From NCBI GenBank assembly GCA_964529555.1, contig CAZGWV010000001.1:24592-88591 (forward strand): DNA of 64,000 nucleotides, in the 5' to 3' direction. Of the stretch, positions 20,441 through 28,619 are shown one piece after another. Origin of the DNA: an uncultured Rhizobium sp. GTDB taxonomy: Bacteria; Pseudomonadota; Alphaproteobacteria; Caulobacterales; Hyphomonadaceae. A program made the position numbers and the translations under genes. The first letter of the stretch is position 1, and each line of letters opens with the position of its first letter. The notes beneath the pieces were generated by a model. The model was not told the DNA's origin. It saw only the letters and a list, made by a program, of their open reading frames with translations, and did no database searches.

Positions 20441-20955
20441 TACCGGCACTCCAGCGTCACCGTATCGAACAGGCAATCGAAGGGAAGGTCTCGCCTGGGC
20501 ATCGCCATGGCGAGGGGCGTCTGTAAATTGGGCGCAAGGAGCACGATCAGGCCGCCTGGCCGCTGCTCGAACCTGGACCCCGTCGGGACGTAGATGCTTC
20601 TGTCAAGGCCGGCTGAGCGCCATTCCAGTGCCAGGCCGCTTGCGGAAGGCTCCAGACGAGCGCTCACCTGATCGGAGCCTATCTTTGCCTCGATCTGGTC
20701 AGAAGTCACAACGAGACTGCCGGCGTCCGCGCGTTCGAGCAGCGCCAGTACGCTTCCGATGGATCGGCTCGCGCGAACCTCTGTGACGGCTGTCCGGACA
20801 ACACCTGTCGTTTGACCATAGCGGTGGGTCAGCTCGACCAGGCCGACGATCAAGAGCGAGGCGACGAGAAGCCCCACGACAAGTTCCGTCAACGTGAACC
20901 CCGCTTCTGAATCTATGGCCGCCTTACGGCGCCGGGGCGATGCGATACGCTTCAA
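20440..20955 (-). CDS. Minor pseudopilin (GspJ/GspH-like) with prepilin-type N-terminus
   Basis: 171 aa. Class-III signal ...SEAG/FTLTELVVGLLVASLLIVGLV. Confidence 0.6.
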   Translation of the reverse strand: MKRIASPRRRKAAIDSEAGFTLTELVVGLLVASLLIVGLVELTHRYGQTTGVVRTAVTEVRASRSIGSVLALLERADAGSLVVTSDQIEAKIGSDQVSARLEPSASGLALEWRSAGLDRSIYVPTGSRFEQRPGGLIVLLAPNLQTPLAMAMPRRDLPFDCLFDTVTLECR

Positions 20956-21298
20956 GGCGCGTTACTCCCTTCCGGCCGGCCGCTTGCCAGGCAACTGCGA
21001 TCTCAACCTCAACCAATCCAGGCAATTCGATCTGCTCCTCGCCATAACTCACTGTCCAGGAGAGTTGCCTGTCTGAGCTGGCGCCCTGCCGAGGGGTTAG
21101 AACGATGTCTGGAGCCGCCAGGGCCTCGGCCAGCAAAACCTCGGCTTGACGCAAAGCTTGGGTGCGAACCTCCATCTCGAGTGTGCGTGACCTTGACGAA
21201 GCGAGTATGTTGATGAGCGCCGCAGCTGCGATGGCTGAAAGCGCCAAAGCTGCAATCGCTTCCACCAGACCAAAGCCGTCCTCGCTACTCCCGCGCAT
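20924..21298 (-). CDS. Minor pseudopilin (GspI-like)
   Basis: 124 aa. Prepilin-type N-terminus ...EDG/FGLVEAIAALALSAIAAAAL. The size fits GspI. Confidence 0.6.
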   Translation of the reverse strand: MRGSSEDGFGLVEAIAALALSAIAAAALINILASSRSRTLEMEVRTQALRQAEVLLAEALAAPDIVLTPRQGASSDRQLSWTVSYGEEQIELPGLVEVEIAVAWQAAGRKGVTRLEAYRIAPAP

Positions 21299-22485
21299 CA
21301 GAAGGTTCCCTCGCCGAGTTGGGACAAGCCCGTCAGGAACGCGCTCATAAGCCAGCCGGTAAACCCGCCCATGGTGAGAATCAGGATGGGACCGGCGGCT
21401 GCCGCGGCTCGATCAAGGCGGCGCAGGGCGCGCTCGATAGCGATATTGCCCGCACGCATTAGCATTTCGCCGAGTGCTCCTGATTCCTCGCCAACTCGCG
21501 CGAGACGATGAAGTTCAGGCGAGGCATTGGGGAGCGCGGCGAGCGAGCCCGCGATAGTTCGCCCATCTCGAAGGGCCCGACCGGCGGCTTTGAACCGTCC
21601 CCTCCAAATGATGTTGGGTGCTGAAGATGCGGCAAGATCGATAGCAGTTGCGGCCGGCGCGCCGCCGGAGATCAGCGCGCCGAGCGTGCGGGCAAAGGCC
21701 CCACAATTGATGTCGCGTACAATGCCGCTGAGGAATGGCATGTTGGCCCGTGTGGCTGCTAAGAGTTCACGCAGCGGCGAGCGTCGTGAGGCGACAATCA
21801 GGAGCGCGACCGCAACCGCCCCGCCAGCCAACAAGAGAAGGCCGTCTCGCTGCAAGGTCTCGCCAATTGCGAGGACGAGGGTAAGCCCCTCGGGCGGATT
21901 GGGCGCGTCTTCAAGGAGCGGCGCGATAGCGGGTCCGGCAAAGACGGTGAGCGCGATGATCGCGAATATGGAGAGAACCACCAGAAAGGCGGGATAGGCG
22001 AGGGCGTTACCGATGCGTTGGCCAAATTCTGATTGTCGGCGCAGCAGGTCAGCTGCAAACCGGAGCGAGTCTCCGAGCTTGCCGGATGCCTCGCCGGCGC
22101 GCGCCAGTTCGGAGGCAAAGGCCAGGTCACCGGTGTCCTCCAGCCGGGTTGCGCGCCCGAAATCGGATCCGACGTCAAGCCGTTCGGCCATAAGCCGAGC
22201 GAGCTGAGCCGCCCGCGGCGTGGAGGCGCCGGTTGAGAGGACGTCGAGCGCCCGCCTCAGAGGGACGCCGGCATCGTGCAGAGCAGCCAGATCCGCCAGA
22301 AATATTGCGAGCTCTGGTCGAGGTATACGACGATGCGAGAGGTTTGTTCTGGTCTTGCGGAGCTTGACTACCGTCTCGCCGCGCGCCGCCAAGGTGCGTG
22401 TTGCCTCAGTGATCGTCTCCGCCTCAATGAGACCGGTGCGCGCCTGGCCAGTGGGAAGTAGAGCGTTATACCGGTACATCGCCAT
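21298..22485 (-). CDS. gspF: GspF-family T2SS/T4P platform protein
   Basis: 395 aa. Duplicated GspF-type cytoplasmic domains and three TM segments. Located directly downstream of the GspE ATPase. Confidence 0.9.
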   Translation of the reverse strand: MAMYRYNALLPTGQARTGLIEAETITEATRTLAARGETVVKLRKTRTNLSHRRIPRPELAIFLADLAALHDAGVPLRRALDVLSTGASTPRAAQLARLMAERLDVGSDFGRATRLEDTGDLAFASELARAGEASGKLGDSLRFAADLLRRQSEFGQRIGNALAYPAFLVVLSIFAIIALTVFAGPAIAPLLEDAPNPPEGLTLVLAIGETLQRDGLLLLAGGAVAVALLIVASRRSPLRELLAATRANMPFLSGIVRDINCGAFARTLGALISGGAPAATAIDLAASSAPNIIWRGRFKAAGRALRDGRTIAGSLAALPNASPELHRLARVGEESGALGEMLMRAGNIAIERALRRLDRAAAAAGPILILTMGGFTGWLMSAFLTGLSQLGEGTF

Positions 22486-22488
22486 GGA

Positions 22489-24216
22489 TCAGCCCGCCAT
22501 GGCGCGCAAAACTTCAGCGGAGGTCGTAAGGCCTTGGCGTACTTTAAGGGCGCCATCATCCATCAAGTGTGAAGTGAGGCAGTTCGCCGCCGCTCGGTCG
22601 ACAGGCCCAAGGTCGCGCACCGCGTTGAGAAAGCCCTCCGACGCTTCAAACCCTTCAGCAATCGCGATCCGCCCGAGGAACCCGCTTTGCGTGCAGCGCG
22701 AACATCCGGCCGCATCGAATACGGCGGCGTCACTTGGCAGGCGAAAGGCCGTCTTCTCGGTTTCACTGGGCGTGCGCGGCCGGCGGCAGTGGATGCAAAG
22801 TCGTCGCACCAAGCGTTGCGAGAGTGCTCCGCGGAAGCAGGCGGCAAGCTGAAATGGTTCGACACCCATTTCAAGCAGGCGCGGTACGGCGCGTGGGGCG
22901 TCAATTGCATGAAGCGTTGCAAGGACGAGATGGCCGGTGAGGGCGGCCTGGACCGCTGCCTTCGCTGTCTCACTATCACGAATCTCACCCACCAGGATGA
23001 CGTCTGGGTCTTGCCGCAGGAAGGCGCGGATAGCTGAGGGGAAGGTAACCCCCGCCTTTGGCGCGGTCTGCACCTGGGTCACATGATCGAAGTGAAACTC
23101 GACCGGATCTTCGACAGTGAGCACCTTGCGCGGGCTCGTGCGCATCGCCTCAAGACCTGCGTAGAGTGTTGTCGTCTTGCCCGAACCCGTCGGTCCGGTC
23201 ACAAGAAAGAGGCCATGTGGCCATGCCAGCGCTCGATCAAGCAACAAACGTTCGTTAGGTGAGAATCCGAGCGCATCAAAGCTGAGCTTCACTTCGCTGC
23301 GGTCCAGGATGCGGATCACGGCGGACTCGCCATTGACCGATGGAACAATAGAGACGCGCAGGTCTACGGGGCGGCCGCCCACAACCACGGTTGTACGCCC
23401 ATCCTGCGCGGCGCGGCGATCGCCAAGGTCGAGATCAGCGAGCACTTTGATGCGGGCGATAACGGACGCAGCAGCGGCGAGCGGCTCTTCTGCAATCTTC
23501 TCAAGCACCCCATCAATACGGAATCGCACGGAGAGCGCGTTTGAGCGCGGTTCGATATGAACGTCTGAGGCGCGCCGGACGATGGCTTCGGTCAACCAAC
23601 CAGCGACACGTCGCGCCACCGGAGCGTCGCGATCAAACTCCAAGGCTGCTTCGGCGCGGTCTTCGTCGCGTTCGGCAACTTCTTGCGTCCAGGCTCCGCG
23701 AACGTCTTCGTAGGCTCCCGAGAATAGTCGCCGCTGCTCAGCTGCTCGGGCGATGCTGACAGTAACCGGCCGACCTGTGGCAAAGCGGACGCCACGCACC
23801 GCCTCGTCGTCAAATGGATCAACGAGGCCAAGAAGAACGTTCTGTCCGTCGCCTCGAAAGACCACGCACCGATGCGTGCGCATAAACGCAGGGGAGAGAA
23901 CGCTGGCGATATCCGGATCGACCTCGCCATCCGCCGCCGGCAGGCCAGAGACATACATGAAGGCCGCCTGCAGGGCGTCGTCGCTCACGGATCCAAGCCG
24001 GTTGAGAACTAGCGGCAAGGATTCGCGGTCGATGCCTTGAGCTCGACGCGCTGCGTTCTCGGTGCTTGTGCTCAACCCATCGTTCTCACGCAGCCAGGCA
24101 AGGACCCGTTCGTAGGAAGATGTATCTTCCACGGCATGAGGCGCAGGGTCCGTGACTGGTTCCGGAGTCACTCCGCGAGCAAGCACTTCATCTGGCTGAG
24201 CATCGCGCGGCGCCAT
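22489..24216 (-). CDS. gspE: GspE-family secretion ATPase
   Basis: 575 aa. Walker A VTGPTGSGKTTTLYA, Asp box, Walker B ILVGEIRD, His box ATLHA, and a tetracysteine motif (CIHC...CSRC). Confidence 0.95.
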   Translation of the reverse strand: MAPRDAQPDEVLARGVTPEPVTDPAPHAVEDTSSYERVLAWLRENDGLSTSTENAARRAQGIDRESLPLVLNRLGSVSDDALQAAFMYVSGLPAADGEVDPDIASVLSPAFMRTHRCVVFRGDGQNVLLGLVDPFDDEAVRGVRFATGRPVTVSIARAAEQRRLFSGAYEDVRGAWTQEVAERDEDRAEAALEFDRDAPVARRVAGWLTEAIVRRASDVHIEPRSNALSVRFRIDGVLEKIAEEPLAAAASVIARIKVLADLDLGDRRAAQDGRTTVVVGGRPVDLRVSIVPSVNGESAVIRILDRSEVKLSFDALGFSPNERLLLDRALAWPHGLFLVTGPTGSGKTTTLYAGLEAMRTSPRKVLTVEDPVEFHFDHVTQVQTAPKAGVTFPSAIRAFLRQDPDVILVGEIRDSETAKAAVQAALTGHLVLATLHAIDAPRAVPRLLEMGVEPFQLAACFRGALSQRLVRRLCIHCRRPRTPSETEKTAFRLPSDAAVFDAAGCSRCTQSGFLGRIAIAEGFEASEGFLNAVRDLGPVDRAAANCLTSHLMDDGALKVRQGLTTSAEVLRAMAG

Positions 24217-24218
24217 GG

Positions 24219-24698
24219 CTAGTCGGACCGGACGTCAGCGTCAGCGCCTTCGCCCCCTTCTTTTCCATCAGCGCCTAAGGACAGCACGTAGGGCGGCTGG
24301 TTAGCGACTTCGGAACGCGCGATGAGATATTTGCGCTCCCAGGGATCGAGCAAGGTCCGTTCGGACCGCACGTAAGGACCGTTCCAGACGCCAACGCCTT
24401 GCGGGGCCGCAAGCAGAGCATCGATGCCTTCTTCTGGCGTTGGATATCGGCCGACATCGATGAAGAAATCATCGAGCGATGCCGACAGCGTGTTGGCTTG
24501 AAGCTTTGCAGTCCGCGTCTGGGCCGTGTTGAAGCGCCCAAGGATCTGCGGTGTGACAGCAGCAGCGATCAACGCCAGCACGACGATGACCACGAGCAGT
24601 TCGGTCAGCGTATAGCCAGCCTCGGAGTGTTCACGCGTTTTGCGCAAGCTGGTGTCACGCTGCGCGATCCGCCTATGCGCGTTCTGCTTACGAGACAT
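24219..24698 (-). CDS. gspG: GspG major pseudopilin
   Basis: Start taken at the ATG at 24698 (the tracked start 24740 is also possible). ...SEAG/YTLTELLVVIVVLALIAAAV, then the GspG-typical ...GVWNGPYV...DPW...Y...LGADGKEGGEGADAD C-terminus. Confidence 0.9.
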   Translation of the reverse strand: MSRKQNAHRRIAQRDTSLRKTREHSEAGYTLTELLVVIVVLALIAAAVTPQILGRFNTAQTRTAKLQANTLSASLDDFFIDVGRYPTPEEGIDALLAAPQGVGVWNGPYVRSERTLLDPWERKYLIARSEVANQPPYVLSLGADGKEGGEGADADVRSD

Positions 24699-25395
24699 CG
24701 CATGGGCCTCCAGCAAGGCGGCTTGTCGGACGCCAATCAAGAATCTTGAAAGGAGAAGCAGGCGTTCGCGTGAGTAGAATCACCGCGCTGAGGCCGTCCT
24801 GTTCTTGACCAACGATAGCCAAGTCTACGGTCAACCGCGCGCCCGCACCCGGTCGCCCAATCTCCATGTCTTCTTTGGCGGCTGCCGGATCAAAGTCGGC
24901 GGCGCCCCCGAACGCTGTCAGATATGTGGTGAGGCAATCCTCAACCGACCGTTGGAGCCCGAGGTCTGACACCAACCGCATTGGTCCCTCTGAGGCGCGG
25001 CGGGTCAGAGCCGCCACGACGTCCTCGCGGATCGTTGCGTCGACGTTCCGCTCCTGGAGGAAGGCGCTAACAACAGATGGCTCGGCAAGGTTGATGTCGA
25101 GCTTGCGCGTTTCCCAGCTTATGCGCGCCGTCACCTGTTGGCCGAGCACGGGGAAGAAGGCTTGACCTTCAAGGTCGATCTGCCGACGTCGTGGCTCCAG
25201 CACCAGTTGTGTTCCCACAACGAGCAGGGCGGACCGCAAGAGGCTGGCCTGGGTTGCTTCCGCCTCTGCGCGCTTTGATGTGACAAGCGCACTGCTTGAG
25301 GCGCCAACCAGGGCCGCCGCGACGATGCTGATCGCCAGCAGCGAGCCAATGGCTGTGGCCAAGATATAGCCATCCTCGCGCGTTTGCCCCGTCAC
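24688..25395 (-). CDS. Short GspK-like minor pseudopilin
   Basis: 235 aa, GTG start overlapping the gspD stop. N-terminal TM ILATAIGSLLAISIVAAAL. The central WETRKLDINLAEPSVVSAFLQ...VVAAL...RLVSDLGL resembles the GspK (D/E)xxGKxNxN + helical region. Shorter than canonical GspK. Confidence 0.5.
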   Translation of the reverse strand: MTGQTREDGYILATAIGSLLAISIVAAALVGASSSALVTSKRAEAEATQASLLRSALLVVGTQLVLEPRRRQIDLEGQAFFPVLGQQVTARISWETRKLDINLAEPSVVSAFLQERNVDATIREDVVAALTRRASEGPMRLVSDLGLQRSVEDCLTTYLTAFGGAADFDPAAAKEDMEIGRPGAGARLTVDLAIVGQEQDGLSAVILLTRTPASPFKILDWRPTSRLAGGPCDVS

Positions 25396-27332
25396 CTCGC
25401 AAACTCCTCTTCGAGTTTACGAAACGCCTCTCGGAGTTGGTCGGTGGCGGCAACCGACGCTGGTCCGTCCGCAAGAATGCGAGGCGTCACAAATACGATG
25501 AGCTCAGTGCGTTCGGTGATCCGCCCATCGCTTTTGAACAGGCCGCCGATCAGCGGGATGTCCATCAGCAAGGGTATGCCCGTGACACTGCCGCTTTCGG
25601 TTGTCGAGATGAGCCCGCCCAGCGCTACGGACTGCCCCGAAGGAACCAGAAGTTTGCTTTCAATCTTGCGTTGCTGGATCGTTGGCGAGTCGATGCCGGA
25701 TGAAGTCGTGCGAGCAACTTGTGAAACTTCTTGCGCGATCTCAAGCTCGACCATGCCGCCGGCCCGTACACGGGGGACTACGGTGAGAATAACCCCGGTA
25801 TCGCGATAAACTGTCTGGTTAACGATAGGCGCGTTGGGGTCGGTGACCGATATCGCTGTTTGTGTCACGATCGGGACCTGATCGCCCACCTGCAAATTGG
25901 CAGTCTCGTTATTGAGCGCGACCACGCTGGGACGCGAGACGACTTTTACTTCGGTAATGCTCGACAGAACATTTAGCGCAGCATTGATATCCGTGTTGAC
26001 ATAACTCAGCGAAAAACCCGGAAAGCTACTGGTTACCTGGCCGCTCGGGGCGTCCGTGAATGTTCCAGTGAACCGATCTTCAATGCCCTTCCAATTGACT
26101 CCATACTGAAGCTCATTGTCGAGCGTTACCTCGATGATTGCAGCCTCGATCAGGACTTGTGGCGCGGGCTTGTCGAGCGCTTCGAGCAGCGCTTTGGCCT
26201 CGGCCAATTGTGTTGGCCCACCGCGCGCGATGACTGCATTTTGGCTGAGATTCCAGCCGACCGAAAGCGACTGTTCAGGGCCCGTTGTATCGAGTGTCGC
26301 CGGGTTGTTGGCGCCGAGTTGCGGCGCGCTTGCGGGGGGCGCCGCGGTACCAACGCCAGTTGCGTGCGCTCCTTGAGAGCCGCCGCCCCCGACCTCGCGC
26401 AGAGACTCGGCAAGCGTCTCCGCGCTAGCGTTAGTGGCGCGATAGATCAGAAGCCCAGGGCTCATTGCCGAACTGGAGACGTCCAGCCGTTCGATCCATC
26501 CCCGGATCACCGGTACAAGCTGAGGATCACGCGCCAGCACAATCAGACGCGACAGTCTTGGGATGGAGACAAGGTCGACCGAAGTTGTCGAAGGGCCCAG
26601 GATAGGCTTGAGTTCAGCGATCAGTCCGTCGGGTGTGACATTCTTGAGTTCGAAGGTTGCAACGGACACCTGCGCAAACCAGTCCACGTCGAACATGGCG
26701 GCAGCATCTGAGATTGCGGTGATGGAGGCTTCATCGCCTCGTACGAGCAGAAATCGCCGCCGGTCGTCGGTCTGAACGATTGTTGCGGAGGGGGCAAAGG
26801 GAGCAACCAGAGGGCCGAGCTGGCTCGGGCTTATGAAGCGTGGGGTTACCACAGCGACGCCACCACCGGGCGGTGAGCTCTGGCCTGGGCTGATGACAGC
26901 CGCCTGAACGGGCGCGCCTTGATCGCCAGCACGCGCGACGGCGACAAAGTCACCACGGTCGATGACGGCGATCCCCATAGGCCTGAGCGCTATGCGGACT
27001 GCATCAATAGCTGCGAGGCGCGAGCGTGCCTCCTCAATGCGCATGGTAACGACACCTGAAACATCGGGCGCGATAGAGTAATCGATCTTCAGAAACTCGC
27101 CGAGGATCTGGTTGAGGACCATGGCGATGTCCGCGCCAGCGTAGGTTGCCGAGAAGGGCTGCTCGGTCTCGAAGTCGACTGGGCTTGTTTGCTGTGAAGC
27201 GCTGCCGCTCTGGACGAATTGGCCGGGCCGGATGACAGACTGGTCGCTGGGCGGTTGCGCAGTCGCCAATCCACTCATGCCCGATGTCAGGAGGAGGGCG
27301 TACGCCGCAGTGAGCCTTTGTCCAGTGCGCAT
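25392..27332 (-). CDS. gspD: GspD secretin
   Basis: 646 aa. Signal peptide ...GLATA/QPP, N0/N1-type repeats, and a C-terminal secretin domain (VPLLMDIPLIGGLFK-type motif: GIPLLMDIPLIGGLFKS). Confidence 0.9.
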   Translation of the reverse strand: MRTGQRLTAAYALLLTSGMSGLATAQPPSDQSVIRPGQFVQSGSASQQTSPVDFETEQPFSATYAGADIAMVLNQILGEFLKIDYSIAPDVSGVVTMRIEEARSRLAAIDAVRIALRPMGIAVIDRGDFVAVARAGDQGAPVQAAVISPGQSSPPGGGVAVVTPRFISPSQLGPLVAPFAPSATIVQTDDRRRFLLVRGDEASITAISDAAAMFDVDWFAQVSVATFELKNVTPDGLIAELKPILGPSTTSVDLVSIPRLSRLIVLARDPQLVPVIRGWIERLDVSSSAMSPGLLIYRATNASAETLAESLREVGGGGSQGAHATGVGTAAPPASAPQLGANNPATLDTTGPEQSLSVGWNLSQNAVIARGGPTQLAEAKALLEALDKPAPQVLIEAAIIEVTLDNELQYGVNWKGIEDRFTGTFTDAPSGQVTSSFPGFSLSYVNTDINAALNVLSSITEVKVVSRPSVVALNNETANLQVGDQVPIVTQTAISVTDPNAPIVNQTVYRDTGVILTVVPRVRAGGMVELEIAQEVSQVARTTSSGIDSPTIQQRKIESKLLVPSGQSVALGGLISTTESGSVTGIPLLMDIPLIGGLFKSDGRITERTELIVFVTPRILADGPASVAATDQLREAFRKLEEEFAR

Positions 27333-27546
27333 AAGCCCCCCGCAGGCTGGGACGCGAGCGGTCGCCGCATCGCGTGCGCCACCGCTGCGCCCCTCTGTCT
27401 GTACTCAACGACATCGTGTCGCAACACGAAGGCGTGGGCAACATTGAACTGAATGGGCGTAGGGTTCATTTGTCGTCAGGACGCAGCGGGTGGTTGTGCG
27501 TCTTCCAGCGGCGGCGCCCGCTAGCGTGATAAGAAAATTCTATGCA

Positions 27547-27574
27547 CACGCGAAGTTTTTGATTGCGAGTCGCG
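27547..27574 (+). promoter_or_regulatory. Conserved upstream element of the locus B operon (shared with locus A)
   Basis: CACGCGAAGTTTTTGATTGCGAGTCGCG, ~75-100 nt upstream of the ATG at 27646. Matches the locus A element at 17753-17780 (minus strand). Confidence 0.3.
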
Positions 27575-27645
27575 TTGCCTTAGACCTAGGCTCACAACCC
27601 ATGTGCAGCGACGTCTGTCGATGCACATGGGTTGGGGGCCACTGC

Positions 27646-28083
27646 ATGCGTTTCCTGGGAGTTGGTGTCGCTGCCATATTGTTGGTGTCGAGCGCGACTG
27701 CTCAAGTATCGCAGATATATACGTATGGTGCGCTTGTGCGGCCTACGAAAGTTACGCCAAGTACCGGCACGGCGGCCTGTTACAATCATGATCCCACAGA
27801 CAATCGAACGACTGTGACGGCGTCAGATGGATGTACATTCTCTGGCGGCGGCGGAGGTCAGAATTCTCCCCCGCAGGCAGTGGACGTCTACGTGTTCATT
27901 CAAAGTCGGGAGTCAAGCTGGTCAGGGAGCTTGGGCGTTCTCTTCAATGACATCGACGCCGATCTGCCAAGCGGCACTTTGAGTGTAACCTCGGTCTCGG
28001 GGAGCTCTTATGCGACCGTCCAGCCTAGCGGCAGCCACGATCTACCTCTACATCGCCTACTGCAATCTGGAGTGCGGGCTTGA
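27646..28083 (+). CDS. YD-repeat + cadherin-like protein, copy B (shortened, probably decaying)
   Basis: ATG at 27646 after GGGGG. Signal peptide MRFLGVGVAAILLVSSATA/Q. The YD motifs are degraded (YTYGALVRPTKV, YNHDPTDNRT). The C-terminal ~35 aa seen in copies A/C/D are missing, and the conserved C-x3-5-C tail appears in another frame (...IYLYIAYCNLECGLEP, stop at 28088-28090). Confidence 0.55.
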   Translation: MRFLGVGVAAILLVSSATAQVSQIYTYGALVRPTKVTPSTGTAACYNHDPTDNRTTVTASDGCTFSGGGGGQNSPPQAVDVYVFIQSRESSWSGSLGVLFNDIDADLPSGTLSVTSVSGSSYATVQPSGSHDLPLHRLLQSGVRA

Positions 28084-28409
28084 GCCATAGCACGAAGCTT
28101 GCGGCGGTTGCTGTCGTGATGATCGCCATGATGGCGGCGTCACTTGCAGAGGCGCGGCAGTCCTCGGCTGCGGCTGGCGGAATTGTCGTGGCAGCTGAAG
28201 GCAAGCTCGTTGCCCCTTGGATCGAGAAGCAGGCCTGCGTCAAAGGCACGGCCACCTGCAAAACCATGATCGTCAACACAGTGACGAATGAGATCGCGCA
28301 GATGGGCGAGCAACTATCCTCCCGGTTTGAAAGAACCGGGAGAGGTGGAGAAGTGCAGCGTGCCGCAAGTGCGATGGACAAAGCATTGGGTCGCGTTCCG
28401 GAGCGTTAG
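28080..28409 (+). CDS. Small secreted two-Cys protein, copy B
   Basis: 109 aa (TTG start in the track). Signal-like KLAAVAVVMIAMMAASLAEA/RQ. Family motif ...GGIVVAAEGKLVAPWIEKQACVKGTATCKTMIVNTVTNEIAQMGEQLSSRFERTGRGGEV. Confidence 0.65.
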   Translation: MSHSTKLAAVAVVMIAMMAASLAEARQSSAAAGGIVVAAEGKLVAPWIEKQACVKGTATCKTMIVNTVTNEIAQMGEQLSSRFERTGRGGEVQRAASAMDKALGRVPER

Positions 28410-28619
28410 AGCGCGCCGGCAAATCTTGGGGTTGGGCAAAGTTGATTGTTGGTCCGAGGCAGCGACAGAGTTGAGAGCTGCCGACTGGCGGTCAACTTGA
28501 GGCTCTGGAGTACAATTCGAGCTAGGGGGAAGAGCTTGATTCCTACACGATTGAATGCGGCCAAATTTTGCACCGCAGAATTGATATCCCGCCGCGGCTT
28601 GCAGCGAGTTTGGGCTGTG

